Shown here: one piece after another, positions 1 through 10,421 of the stretch | How positions within the stretch are numbered: position 1 is the stretch's first letter | How the letters are laid out: each line of letters opens with the position of its first letter | NCBI GenBank assembly: GCA_963717465.1 | Contig: OY970340.1 | Coordinates: 1,312,001 to 1,376,000 of the forward strand | Source: Candidatus Bathyarchaeota archaeon | GTDB lineage: Archaea; Thermoproteota; Bathyarchaeia; Bathyarchaeales; Bathycorpusculaceae | Length of the DNA: 64,000 nucleotides | Direction of reading: 5' to 3' | The notes under the pieces: model-generated | Databases searched by the model: none | What the model saw: the letters and a program-made list of their open reading frames with translations, nothing else | Told to the model about the DNA's origin: nothing | Made by a program: the position numbers and the translations under genes

Positions 1-22
1 GCTGCGGGACGCTGACAAGATT

Positions 23-595
23 TTGTCTACGTTATCTAAGGTCTGGACTTATTCGCATATCGCTATCTTTTCGACTTTGTATTTTTTGGGTTTTATTTCC
101 ATAGTCACCTATTTTTTGTTTCCTGCAAATGACCGTTTTCTCACTATGGGCGAAGTCTTCTTGATTATAGCTATAATTGCTGCCTTGTTGTATTATGGGA
201 GGAGAAACCGTCGCCGCCGCGCCGAAATTGTGCATTGGAAGTCTGTCCTTGCGTCTTATGTAAAACCTGATAATACTTTGAACAGTCAAAAAGACGGGGA
301 TTCAATACTTGAAGATCTCATGAAGGTTATTTTTGCGTCGGATAAGTGGATATCAAGGATTAAGCGTCGAATCTTCGTTATGCTTGTTTGGTTGACTGTT
401 GCAGTAGCTGTTTTCTTTATGGTTGCTTATCAAGCGAGCTCCTTTCAGGTAGGACTTATCGAAGATGGCTTAGTCGTGTACGCTGCTTCCTTAGCAATAG
501 CTGTTTACTTTAGCGTAAACTGGCGATTTCGTAGTTGGCAAAACAAAGTCGCCAAGTTCAAAAGCTACGCCTTTTCCGCTCTGGATCGCCTGTGA
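23..595 (+). CDS. Membrane protein, unknown function (possibly 5'-truncated by the window edge)
   Basis: 190-aa ORF with about four hydrophobic segments and basic flanks; abuts the next gene. Confidence 0.6.
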   Translation: MSTLSKVWTYSHIAIFSTLYFLGFISIVTYFLFPANDRFLTMGEVFLIIAIIAALLYYGRRNRRRRAEIVHWKSVLASYVKPDNTLNSQKDGDSILEDLMKVIFASDKWISRIKRRIFVMLVWLTVAVAVFFMVAYQASSFQVGLIEDGLVVYAASLAIAVYFSVNWRFRSWQNKVAKFKSYAFSALDRL

Positions 596-892
596 GTGAA
601 TGCCATGTCTGCCACTTTTGAAAAAGACGCCAAACCCGACCTCTACGTCGTTGCACGTTTCCTTGAGAAGCTTATCACTACGGGTGGAAGGCGCCGTAAA
701 ACAGAGTTGCAGATGGCGGTAGGATTGAACTTTAACGTTTATACGAAGTACCTGGATTGGCTTGAAGCCAAAGAGCTCATTCACGTCATAGAAGAAGACG
801 AACGCTCAAAATACGTTGCCTTGACCTCCAAAGGATTAGACACTTACAAAACCTTGGTGCAATGGATAAAAGATGTTGTAGGCACCCCCTAA
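596..892 (+). CDS. Small archaeal winged-helix DNA-binding protein (HTH_45-like)
   Basis: KTELQMAVGLNFNVYTKYLDWLEAKELI...LTSKG pattern. Confidence 0.8.
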   Translation: MNAMSATFEKDAKPDLYVVARFLEKLITTGGRRRKTELQMAVGLNFNVYTKYLDWLEAKELIHVIEEDERSKYVALTSKGLDTYKTLVQWIKDVVGTP

Positions 893-1114
893 ACAGTAAC
901 CTAGCTAACGCTTAGACTAGAAAAAGTCTTAAAAAGACCCGGAAGTTCGCAGACTGAAAATTGACGCACGTGATAATTTCCTTATTTTCTGTTTTATCAC
1001 TGTCTCATTCATTTGACGCGTTAAACCAGCGTTAGGCACACTCTACCGCAAGGTATATCTCTCTTAAAGAATTGTTAACCCATCAATTCAAGTTATGCTG
1101 GAGCATCGCTCGTT

Positions 1115-1801
1115 ATGGTAATAAGAGCAGTAATATTTGATTTAGATGGTACACTGGCAACATTCAACTTGGATTATAAAGCCCTTCGCGGCGACGTAAG
1201 AAGTTACCTGATTCGAGCAGGTGCCCCTGCTTCAGTATTGTCGGTTAACGAAAGCATTTTTGAAATGCTGAAAAAAGCAGAATTATTCTTCAGGCACTCT
1301 GGACGGCAAGATGATTTTTTGGCGATTAAAAATGGAGCGTTGGCTCTAGCTGAAAAATATGAGTTGGATGCGGCTGCAAGTACTAATTTGATGCCTGGGG
1401 CTTTAGAAACGCTAAAGTTGCTTAGTCAAATGGAAATTAAAATTGGGTTGTGCACGATAAACAGCGAGAAAGCCGCCAACCACATTTTGCAGAGCTTCAG
1501 AATTGCAAATTACTTTCCTGTTGTCGTTTCAAGAGAGAAAGTGAAGAACGTTAAGCCGAATCCTGAGCACTTTGAAGCGGCGATTAAAGCGTTAGGAACA
1601 GCACCGAAAGAGACAATGATAGTGGGCGACAGCATTGTTGACATGGAGAGTGCAAAAGAACTCAAAGCTATTGGTGTAGGTGTACCAACAGGTGTCTCAA
1701 CAGTAGATCAGTTAACACGTAATGGAGCTAATTATATTATTACTTCAATAGCGGACCTGCCTGTTCTTATTGAAAACCTGAACAAGTTTATGCAGCAGTG
1801 A
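1115..1801 (+). CDS. HAD-superfamily hydrolase (phosphoglycolate phosphatase-like)
   Basis: Motif I FDLDGTL, KPNP, VGDSIVD. Confidence 0.9.
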   Translation: MVIRAVIFDLDGTLATFNLDYKALRGDVRSYLIRAGAPASVLSVNESIFEMLKKAELFFRHSGRQDDFLAIKNGALALAEKYELDAAASTNLMPGALETLKLLSQMEIKIGLCTINSEKAANHILQSFRIANYFPVVVSREKVKNVKPNPEHFEAAIKALGTAPKETMIVGDSIVDMESAKELKAIGVGVPTGVSTVDQLTRNGANYIITSIADLPVLIENLNKFMQQ

Positions 1802-4800
1802 CAACGTCGTCATGGCATTCAAGCTTTTTCTCTCTTAATAAACGCATGAATATTTCATTAAATACCTCTTTTGCTTGCTCGCCTGAATGGTTTATCCCGA
1901 AGACTTTTGCGGTCTCAGCGATAAGCGAATTGTTACTTATGCTCAAGGCATACTTTGCAATCATCGTCATAGCGTTCTCCACTTCTTCGGGTGGAATGTG
2001 CTCAGGCTTTCTTCTTGATTCAGGAACTCCTTCCATAGGAACGCGAATCGGCACCGATTTAAGCTCAGGCGGCCAAAGAAATTGGCCTTTAAAGACAACC
2101 TTTTGATATCTAAGCAGGCTGCTAAGCGCTTCTCTTATTGCTTGAGTAACTTTAGGGGTAACCCGTTTAACTCCCCACGCCTCGGCTAACCGCTGAACTG
2201 CGTAGTCAAAGTGAATTGGTCCCTCTTTTTCAACAAGCTCCGATAATAAGTCCGTCTGGATCTGCCGATTTTCTGGATAATAAAACTCATTCTTTTGAAG
2301 CTGGGGGCTATGAGACGATTTAGAATAAGTCTTTATGTAAGGCTCGAATGTGGCTTTAAGCGGATGAATCTGGTAAGGTACACAGATTTTTTCTATGCCT
2401 GCAAACTGGACTTTTTGGACTTCAGGTTGAACCAAGCTTTCCACTGATTCAAGAGTTTTTTCCGGCTCTTTTTCAAGCTGCAGTTTCTGCGCTTGCTCAA
2501 GAGCATCTTTCAACCGTTTGACTTCAGAATCACGTCTAGAAATCCACGCTGGCGCCCAGATACGGTGAATTCGCCAACCCAAATTCCTCAACACTTGTTC
2601 TCTTAATCTGTCTCTATCTCTTGCACTGTTACTTGATTTGTAAGCGGCTCCATCAAACTCTACGCCAAGAAGATAACTGCCACTATTAGCTGGGTCAACG
2701 ACACCAAGACCAATTTTAAAGCTGCTGCTACCAACTTGAGGAACAACGGTGTAACCCATTTTTTGAATTTCAAAAGCTACATCCTCATCCAAGGCCGACT
2801 CAAACTCGCCAATCTTAGCCTTAGCAGGCGTCAACGTTTCATGCTCCTTTTCAGCATAATCCAGATATTGACGAAGAGTCTGAACGCCAAGTGCTTTTGC
2901 ATCTGGATCTATATCAGAAGCCTTAATGGAGGTAATCAGAACTATTTTTTCTCGAGCACGAGTAACTGCAACATTTAACCTCCGTTCTCCTCCAGGCTTG
3001 TTTAATGGGCCAAAATTCATTGTCATTTGCCCCTGCGAATCACGTCCATAACCGACGCTGAAGAAGATAACGTCACGTTCGTCGCCTTGAACGTTTTCTA
3101 AATTCTTCACGAAGAAACCTTCCAAGCGGTCTTCTTTGAAGAATTGTTCAAATTCAGGCAACTCTTTTAAGCGGCGATCGATGGCTTCTTGGATTGCTTC
3201 CATTTGAGCAATGCTGAAAGTTACAACTCCCAAAGTTTTCTTCGGGTACAATCTGAAGTGCTCAAAAATCATGTTTACAACGACTTCTGCTTCTTTTTCG
3301 TTATCTCTTTTGCCGCCTCGATCATACACACCATCGGGAACATGGACTAATTTTACGCCAAGAGTATCGTGATTTGCCTGTGCTGCTGGGAAAGTTATGA
3401 GGCTATCATCGTAGAAATTGTGATTAGAGAAAGCTATCAGCGATTCGTGTTTGCTGCGGTAATGCCACTTTAACGTTTTGACAGGTAAACCTATTCCTAG
3501 ACACTCATCTAGTATGCTATCGAAGACTTCAACATCTTCATCGCTCATTTCATCCCAGTCAACATCATCAATCAAGCTTTTCTGGAAAAACGAAGTAGGC
3601 GGCAACTGCTTGTTATCACCTGCAACAACCAGAGTTTTTCCACGATAAATTGACCCGATGGCGTCTTCAGGAACAATCTGCGAAGCCTCATCAAAGAGAA
3701 CAAGGTCGAACCTTGCAAGTTCAGGAGTTAAAAACTGGCTAACCGAAATGGGACTCATGAGCAAGCAAGGCTTAATCTTAACAAGTAAATTCGGAATTTT
3801 CTGCATTAATGTGCGAATCGGCATTAGGCGCCTCTTTTTGGCTGCCTCTTTCATCAGGATTGCAGCTTCCGAATCGTTCGCTTGAATTAGAATATCATGC
3901 GGTTTTCTCTGGTTAGCTACTTCAATAACTCTGCTTGATGTCAAATGAATTAATTCGCGATCAAGCGTTTTGAAGTCAGCGATTAATTGCTCATGGTTTT
4001 CCCTTCGAAACGCGCCAAGCCTTGAATCCTGATTATAGAGGTTGTTTATCCACTCTTGATATGTACCCTTGCGGAAAACGTCGGTTAATTGTGCTGCTGG
4101 AATGCGTTGTTCGACAAGCCGGTTGAAGAATTGGTCTAAGCCTTGAAGGGCAAAACGGTTTTTAAAATTTTTAAAGTCGACCCAAATTTGGAGTTCATCA
4201 ACTCGACTTCTTAACGTTTTAATTCTTTCAGCTAGAACTTGGATAGGTAAGTCACTAATTTTTTGGTTTTGATATTTTAATTCTGTTTCAAAACGCGCTT
4301 TCAGACCTGATAGTGACTGCAACATTGACTCATACTGCTGGTTTAACGGAAGAATTAGCGAGGATGCGTCTGGCGTTTTTGATGCTGTGTTTGCATAGGC
4401 TTCTGGAACAGCAATGTCGCCGAATGCGGCTTTAACTTTTTTAGTCCAGTCTAAGACTGAAATAATTTCAACCCAGTTCGTTTCTAGATCCTTATAGCGT
4501 GGGCCGAATTTCGTTTGAAGAACAGTTTTTTCAGCTTCAATTGCAGCTTGCCTTTTGCGTATTTCCTGGGCGTCTTGCAGGTCAGCTATTAGCTGTTTGT
4601 AATTTGCTGGTTCTGTTTCTTTACATACGGTTAATGTTTCCTTAGTTAATGCAAGCAAATTGTTTAGTTGAGTTTCTGTTTCCTTTGCCCATTCGTCAAT
4701 TTGCGAAAAGAGATTTTGATCGAAGGGTAAGTTGGAGTTTGGCACGATTTTTGGAATCAGGCTGTTCAAGTCTTTTCCGTTTTGCTCCCATTCAGCAATC

Positions 4801-7442
4801 GAATCGGAAAGTTCATCGCCTAGATGCTTGATCATCGGTGAACCTTGTGATGAACTTGTAACAAGCTTAATCAAGCTCTCAGGAACCGGGCGCACCCATG
4901 ATAATTTTTCTACTTCAACCGTTAACTCAACAGCTTTTTCCACTTTTTCAAAATCAGTCTTGTAGCCGCGATAAAAGTGGCCAAGCATATTTCTAACAGA
5001 ATTATCCAGCGCTTCTATTTCGGAACGCAAAATTTTTTGTCTTCGTGCATCCATTAAATCGTTTAGTACTGTTTTGGGGACTTTTCCGTTGAGCGCTGTT
5101 TTCGCGATTTGTTTTTGATCCATCCTGTAACGTGAGCTGAAAATTCGCGTGAAGCTTTTGTAGGATCCATTATAACGTGTTATGAGTTCATCAAGGTCTA
5201 AATCGTAGATGCTTGCAGTGTACGTCTTTTCCAGTTTCGCTCTTAATTGATTGTGTTCTTGGATAGATTGTTTTGCTTTAGGCACTACCTCTTGAAATTG
5301 CATAAAGAATGAGTGGTCGAACCATTGGGGTTCAGGTTTATCTTCAAGGAAGCACAACGTAGCTATTCTAGGCAATTGCTTGACTCTTTCAAGTGTCAAG
5401 TTATCAATTGTAAGTGTCAAGTTATCAATTGTTAACCCAAAGATTTGTGCAAGAGATTGCGCATTTTCACTCCACTTTTTCAGGAGCACTTGCGTGTTTT
5501 TTAAGTGGGCAAGAAGTTTATCACGTTTAGTTAAAAGTTCGCTTTCCTCTAGGCTCCCTGCGGAAAGAGTTTTGCTTAAGGGTGCAAGTGCAACCTGTAT
5601 TTCTTGGGAACGATTGAGAACCAAAGTGAATAATGCAGGCGTATAGTTTTTTGACAATCGAGTTTGAGTATTCTTAATCCATTCGAAACTTGTTTGAAGG
5701 CTTTTAGCCTCCTCAATGAGTTTATCAGAGTCTTTATTTGTTAACCAGTCTGCTTGTGGCAGGGGGCTCTCCGTGAGGAACTTGCCAAGTGATAATAGCC
5801 AGCTTACATTTTCAAGTGTGACTGGCGATTTTAATCCGAGTTGACCCGAACATTTTTCGGATTCATTTTGCAGCTGAGTTATCGTTGAGATGATGCCCTC
5901 AAGGGTGGTTAACAATTCTGACCTAACGTCTAAGTTGTAAGTGTTAGCGCGGTAGCCTGTCCATGGGAAATCTGGTTCCTCAACAACTATCCAGACTTTA
6001 CTGAGTTGAGAAACCATTTCTTCAAGTTCATGCATTTTTTGAGGAGTTAAACCTTCCACGCCCACTAAGCCAACTTGCACAAAGGGGACGCGTTCCAAAC
6101 CGGAAATTAGACTCAGTACTTCATAAGCGCTTTTCTGCAGGTAAGGTCGTCTCTCATGCAAAGCGTTGACGTAACCGTTTAACGATTCCCGGTACTGCAT
6201 CATCTTCTGAAATTCATGAATCGAGGGTAGTTTACGTGGAACAAGATGTTCTTCAAGGCTGCGTTTTAGTTCAGCGACGACTTGCTGCTTATTGGCTTTG
6301 CTGCTGTGGAGTTCAAGGCAGAAATTAGCTAAGCCAGCCTCGCTTAGTCTTTTGTAAACAACTTCAAGAGCAGCCATTTTATCGCTGACGAAAAGAACAG
6401 ATTTGCCGTTAGCGATGCATTCAGCAATTATGTTTGCGATTGTCTGGCTTTTTCCTGTTCCCGGTGGGCCTTCCATCACGAAACTCTGCCCCATCAGTGC
6501 ATAGTCGATTGAAACCCTTTGGCTGCTGTCAGCGTCAAGAACCTGATAGGTTTTTTCTGGAAACTCGATTTTGTCAACATCTTTTTCTTGGGGTAACTGT
6601 TCTAAAACAAGGTTTTGATCTTTTATTCCAACGATGGCGCGGATGATTGGGTGATGAGTAACTAGTTCAGAGTTCGCTTCAAGATCCTTGTAGATAACAA
6701 GTTTATAGAAGGAAAAAAGTCCCAGATCAACTGATAATTCAACCTTCCAACCCATATCAGCTACTGCTTGAGCAACAGAATCTAAATATGCACTTAACTT
6801 TTGGTTTTCCCAATCTTCAGGCAAAGCTGGAAGATCAATCTTAAAATCCATTTTCAGCTTAACTTGCAGAGCTGGGTTTAAAACGGCTTCATCCTCAACC
6901 GGAGGCATTCCAATTGTGAATGGCTGACGGAAGGATTCCTTGAACAATTCAAGCGGCACAAGAACAAGAGGAGATTCAACCTGCTCTTTGGTTTCTTTAT
7001 CAATCCAAATCAGCTTCCCGAAAGCCGCGTATAAAATGCGGACTCCTCGTTCCCTATAATCAAGAAGTGAACGACGCTGCAGATTTTTTAATGTTTTTTC
7101 CAGGTCAGTCCGCTTAAAATTCTCGCTCACCAATTGATTTATTTTTGGCTTCTTTGGTTCTTTGATTGCAGGAGTTTTTTCAGAAGCGTTTTTGAGTTCA
7201 ACCCTCTTAGTCTTGTCGGTCTCCTCCTGTGCTTCTTCTGGAGGTAACCAAAATTCTAAACGGCGCTTTTTTATTACCAGCCCGTTAAAGATTGTTTCAG
7301 CATCAGGACTGGAAATTGGCAGGTTTCCTCGTTTTGTTTTATGGAAATAAAGCAGGTTGTTTCGTTTTGACAGATCGATAAGCCGGCTTTTCCAGTCTTC
7401 TATTCTGCGCATTGGTTGGGACGCGTATGCTTGAGCCATCAA
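1788..7442 (-). CDS. DUF4011 - SF1 (Upf1-like) helicase - Vsr-like nuclease - DUF3320 protein (Hhe-type antiviral architecture)
   Basis: WKSRLIDLSKRNNLL N-terminus, GPPGTGKS, FDEASQ, GDNKQLPPT, HYRS, VQGDERD, RRLNVAVTRA, RDRDRLREQVLRNLGWRIHRIW. Confidence 0.85.
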   Translation of the reverse strand: MMAQAYASQPMRRIEDWKSRLIDLSKRNNLLYFHKTKRGNLPISSPDAETIFNGLVIKKRRLEFWLPPEEAQEETDKTKRVELKNASEKTPAIKEPKKPKINQLVSENFKRTDLEKTLKNLQRRSLLDYRERGVRILYAAFGKLIWIDKETKEQVESPLVLVPLELFKESFRQPFTIGMPPVEDEAVLNPALQVKLKMDFKIDLPALPEDWENQKLSAYLDSVAQAVADMGWKVELSVDLGLFSFYKLVIYKDLEANSELVTHHPIIRAIVGIKDQNLVLEQLPQEKDVDKIEFPEKTYQVLDADSSQRVSIDYALMGQSFVMEGPPGTGKSQTIANIIAECIANGKSVLFVSDKMAALEVVYKRLSEAGLANFCLELHSSKANKQQVVAELKRSLEEHLVPRKLPSIHEFQKMMQYRESLNGYVNALHERRPYLQKSAYEVLSLISGLERVPFVQVGLVGVEGLTPQKMHELEEMVSQLSKVWIVVEEPDFPWTGYRANTYNLDVRSELLTTLEGIISTITQLQNESEKCSGQLGLKSPVTLENVSWLLSLGKFLTESPLPQADWLTNKDSDKLIEEAKSLQTSFEWIKNTQTRLSKNYTPALFTLVLNRSQEIQVALAPLSKTLSAGSLEESELLTKRDKLLAHLKNTQVLLKKWSENAQSLAQIFGLTIDNLTLTIDNLTLERVKQLPRIATLCFLEDKPEPQWFDHSFFMQFQEVVPKAKQSIQEHNQLRAKLEKTYTASIYDLDLDELITRYNGSYKSFTRIFSSRYRMDQKQIAKTALNGKVPKTVLNDLMDARRQKILRSEIEALDNSVRNMLGHFYRGYKTDFEKVEKAVELTVEVEKLSWVRPVPESLIKLVTSSSQGSPMIKHLGDELSDSIAEWEQNGKDLNSLIPKIVPNSNLPFDQNLFSQIDEWAKETETQLNNLLALTKETLTVCKETEPANYKQLIADLQDAQEIRKRQAAIEAEKTVLQTKFGPRYKDLETNWVEIISVLDWTKKVKAAFGDIAVPEAYANTASKTPDASSLILPLNQQYESMLQSLSGLKARFETELKYQNQKISDLPIQVLAERIKTLRSRVDELQIWVDFKNFKNRFALQGLDQFFNRLVEQRIPAAQLTDVFRKGTYQEWINNLYNQDSRLGAFRRENHEQLIADFKTLDRELIHLTSSRVIEVANQRKPHDILIQANDSEAAILMKEAAKKRRLMPIRTLMQKIPNLLVKIKPCLLMSPISVSQFLTPELARFDLVLFDEASQIVPEDAIGSIYRGKTLVVAGDNKQLPPTSFFQKSLIDDVDWDEMSDEDVEVFDSILDECLGIGLPVKTLKWHYRSKHESLIAFSNHNFYDDSLITFPAAQANHDTLGVKLVHVPDGVYDRGGKRDNEKEAEVVVNMIFEHFRLYPKKTLGVVTFSIAQMEAIQEAIDRRLKELPEFEQFFKEDRLEGFFVKNLENVQGDERDVIFFSVGYGRDSQGQMTMNFGPLNKPGGERRLNVAVTRAREKIVLITSIKASDIDPDAKALGVQTLRQYLDYAEKEHETLTPAKAKIGEFESALDEDVAFEIQKMGYTVVPQVGSSSFKIGLGVVDPANSGSYLLGVEFDGAAYKSSNSARDRDRLREQVLRNLGWRIHRIWAPAWISRRDSEVKRLKDALEQAQKLQLEKEPEKTLESVESLVQPEVQKVQFAGIEKICVPYQIHPLKATFEPYIKTYSKSSHSPQLQKNEFYYPENRQIQTDLLSELVEKEGPIHFDYAVQRLAEAWGVKRVTPKVTQAIREALSSLLRYQKVVFKGQFLWPPELKSVPIRVPMEGVPESRRKPEHIPPEEVENAMTMIAKYALSISNNSLIAETAKVFGINHSGEQAKEVFNEIFMRLLREKKLECHDDVVTAA
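5391..5432. repeat. Exact 21-bp tandem duplication (aagtgtcaagttatcaattgt x2), in frame in the helicase gene
   Basis: Read directly; protein shows LTIDNLTLTIDNLTL. Confidence 0.95.
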
Positions 7443-7557
7443 ATCATTTCCGCGCTAATAATTATAACCAGTATGAGTGGATTGTTCTTTAATAGTTACG
7501 GTATAATTTTTGACTTTTCAATATTTGAACCGCAGAACAAAACCGTAGATTTTAGTT

Positions 7558-8181
7558 TCACTTTGATTTGGCACGATTACGAGCTGCAGCTTCTTGAATT
7601 ACTTGTTTTACTCCTTCAAGACCCAAATGCTTGACTTCAAGTACTGGAAGGCCCAGGCGCAGCTTGTATATTTCCTCAATGTTTTTTTCTGCGTTGCCAA
7701 GGGTGTCTATGAGTATGCAGCCTTTTAGTTCACCAAAATAACTTGAAAACTCGTCTTCGTCAACGCCTTTTTTTGCCAGTTTTTCCTTCATGCTCCTGAA
7801 GAAATCTATCCAGCCCGCACTGAAAAACAGGAAGTCATGACGAGGGTCGGCCTGTGAGATTTTTCCTTTTCCGCCTAATTGGCAGTCGATGCAGTTGAGA
7901 GCATCTACTTTTACTATGCCGTATTCTTCAACGAGCTTTTTCATTTCGCCGCATGAGCCGAGGCATAGGTCGCCGTAAACAAGTATTACTCCATCTGGAT
8001 AGATTGGAATGGTTTTTTCAAGAATTCTCCGAATATTCTTCTCGATCAGATCGTAATCGACGTGAAAAAATTTACTTACGTAGATTACATCGAAATCTAT
8101 GCAGCCTTGTTTTTTAAGTTGATTGATTTCTTCTTTTAATGAACTGCATGAAATTAGGCAAATTCTTGGTTTTTTGCTCAT
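7558..8181 (-). CDS. DUF1638-like protein
   Basis: ISCSSLKEEI, LVYGDLC, NCIDCQLGG, GW motifs. Confidence 0.7.
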   Translation of the reverse strand: MSKKPRICLISCSSLKEEINQLKKQGCIDFDVIYVSKFFHVDYDLIEKNIRRILEKTIPIYPDGVILVYGDLCLGSCGEMKKLVEEYGIVKVDALNCIDCQLGGKGKISQADPRHDFLFFSAGWIDFFRSMKEKLAKKGVDEDEFSSYFGELKGCILIDTLGNAEKNIEEIYKLRLGLPVLEVKHLGLEGVKQVIQEAAARNRAKSK

Positions 8182-8191
8182 GCTTCTTCAG

Positions 8192-8593
8192 TCAACATGG
8201 TCTAAAGCAGTAACGTGTCCATTGAGGCCAAGTCTGGGTCTTGTCACACGAGCCAAAATCAATTGTTAAATCCATCCCTATCTTCAATTTTTCTTGTGTG
8301 ACGTCTTTTATCAAGCCTGGAATTCTTAAGTCGCGTTCAAGCTGCACAATGCCAATAGCGTAAGGTGCTTGAGACTGGAATTGAGCTGGTGCAATGTGAA
8401 TTATCGTGTATGTAAGCAATTTTCCTTTTCCAGAAATGGGCATCCAGTCAAAATTGTCCGACAAACAGTTATCACAGAGATTTCTCGGAGGCAAATGAAT
8501 TTTTCCGCATTTAACACATTTCGCAGCCATCAATTTCTGCTCGCTTAGAAACTTGTAGAACTGCTCGATTGTAAAGGGTGGCTTGCTGCTCAT
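8192..8593 (-). CDS. DUF35 Zn-ribbon/OB-fold protein (thiolase partner)
   Basis: CxxC...PPRxxCxxC, GKGKLLTYT; overlaps thiolase stop. Confidence 0.9.
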   Translation of the reverse strand: MSSKPPFTIEQFYKFLSEQKLMAAKCVKCGKIHLPPRNLCDNCLSDNFDWMPISGKGKLLTYTIIHIAPAQFQSQAPYAIGIVQLERDLRIPGLIKDVTQEKLKIGMDLTIDFGSCDKTQTWPQWTRYCFRPC

Positions 8594-9768
8594 TCTTGGT
8601 CGCTCCTGAAAATGTGAACCACTGCAGTTGCTCCTGAACCGCCAACGTTATGCGTTAAGCCGACAGTTGCATCTTTCACTTGACGCGCCCCAGCTTGCCC
8701 AGTTAACTGCAAGTACATTTCGTAGGCTTGAGCTGTGCCTGTCGCACCCACTGGGTGACCCTTAGATTTTAATCCGCCGCTTGTGTTAACGGGAATTCTT
8801 CCGTTAAGTTTTGTTTCACCGCTCTCTACAAGTTTTCCTCCTTCACCTACTGGGCAGAAACCAAGGTCTTCGTACGCCATTAACTCGGCGAATGTGAAGC
8901 AATCGTGAACTTCTGCTAGATTAATGTCACTTGGTTTCATTTTTGCCATTTCATAAGCTGTCTTAGCTGCGAGTTTTGATGCGTAAAGCGATGTTAAGCT
9001 TTGGCGTTCATACAAGCCGATTGTGTCGCTGGCTTGCCCACTGCCGATTATGTGGACTGGTTGGTCAGTGTATTTGTTTGCGTGCTCAGGCTTAGTTAAG
9101 ACTACGCAGCTGGCGCCGTCAGTTATCAAGGAGCAATCGTAGAGTTTTAGTGGCCACGCAACCATTTTTGAAGACATGACTGTTTCAAGAGTTATTTCTT
9201 TTTGCATGTGTGCTTTTGGGTTTTTGATTCCATGAGAATGATTTTTCACTGCTGCAAGTGCCATCTGCTCCTGCGTTGTGCCGTACTCATGCATGTGAGC
9301 AGTTGCCATCAAAGCGAATAATCCTGGGAACGTTATGCCTTGCCATTGTTCAAACGGGTAATCAGACGCCATGGTTAAGTACTCAGTTACTTCAGCAGTG
9401 CTGCGATGCGTCATTTTTTCTACGCCGCCGACTAAGACAACATCGGCTAGCCCTGACATTACAGCGTAAATTCCTGACCGCAAGGCTACACCTGAAGAAG
9501 CGCATGCTGCCTCTGTTCGAGTTGCAGGAATTCCAGTGAGACCTGCCCAGTCTGACGCTGCAGCGCCTGTGTGTCCCTGATGCTCGTATGCTTCTCCCAT
9601 GTGTCCAATGAACATGGCTTTGATGTCATTTTTAGGGTCAAGTTTGGGGCATCGGCTAAATGCTTCTTTTGCTGCTTCTGAGAAGATTTCTCGGGCTAAT
9701 AAGCCGTCGAGTTTGCCAAATTTTGACATACCAGCAGTTACAATGCTGACAAGTGGTTTTCCATTCAA
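8590..9768 (-). CDS. Archaeal thiolase (acetyl-CoA C-acyltransferase family)
   Basis: EAACASSG, EVHDCF, GHPVGATG, HNVGG. Confidence 0.92.
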   Translation of the reverse strand: MNGKPLVSIVTAGMSKFGKLDGLLAREIFSEAAKEAFSRCPKLDPKNDIKAMFIGHMGEAYEHQGHTGAAASDWAGLTGIPATRTEAACASSGVALRSGIYAVMSGLADVVLVGGVEKMTHRSTAEVTEYLTMASDYPFEQWQGITFPGLFALMATAHMHEYGTTQEQMALAAVKNHSHGIKNPKAHMQKEITLETVMSSKMVAWPLKLYDCSLITDGASCVVLTKPEHANKYTDQPVHIIGSGQASDTIGLYERQSLTSLYASKLAAKTAYEMAKMKPSDINLAEVHDCFTFAELMAYEDLGFCPVGEGGKLVESGETKLNGRIPVNTSGGLKSKGHPVGATGTAQAYEMYLQLTGQAGARQVKDATVGLTHNVGGSGATAVVHIFRSDQE

Positions 9769-9953
9769 AACTTGTGTCCCTCTTCTCCTTCAATATTCTA
9801 GATAAAGTGTAAGTACAAGTTTAAAAATGTACCAATTATTCGAGCTTAAAACAGCCCTATTTACCGCTCTTGACTTGTTGTTTCCACCGTTCTTAGGGGA
9901 AAATCTAAATGTTAGTGTTAATCAGAAGTATAACAATTAAGAGTTGGCTGAAA

Positions 9954-10334
9954 ATGAGTGGAAATGTGAAAGAAGACCCAGTTAAGCTGCATAAAGAAGC
10001 AAACAATCTTATGGATGCAGGAAAATACTCAGATGCAAAAGACCTTTTTATTAAAACTGCTGAACTGTATAAGAAAGCACAGAACTATTTTGACTCAGCA
10101 ACCATGTATTACAAAGCTGGAGAAGCCAGTTTCGCATTAAAAGAAAATCAGGTTGCAGTTGAAAACTTTATGAAGTCTGCTAATCTTTCATTCGATAAAG
10201 GTTTTGACCGTTTTGGAGTCAGCGCGCTCGACTACGCAAGAGACTGCTACAAAGCTTTAGGCGACAATGCAAAAGTGGAAGAATTAACAAAGAAAATAAA
10301 AGAAACAAAAGAGAAACTTGAAAGCGCATTCTAA
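9954..10334 (+). CDS. TPR/SNAP-like helical repeat protein
   Basis: Helical repeats AKDLFIKTAELY / SATMYYKAGE / AVENFMKSA; likely ATG at 9954 within track ORF 9909-10334. Confidence 0.65.
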   Translation: MSGNVKEDPVKLHKEANNLMDAGKYSDAKDLFIKTAELYKKAQNYFDSATMYYKAGEASFALKENQVAVENFMKSANLSFDKGFDRFGVSALDYARDCYKALGDNAKVEELTKKIKETKEKLESAF

Positions 10335-10421
10335 ACGCTTGCTTCAAGCAAGCTATTCCTTATTTCCATTTTTCCGACTCAATTTAGACGCAAACACGTT
10401 TTGTAGTAAAGCCTGGTTACT

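Noticed and set aside
1798..7350. Numerous short plus-strand ORFs within the helicase gene, and similar antisense ORFs elsewhere
   Set aside because: Shadows of long, motif-supported genes on the opposite strand
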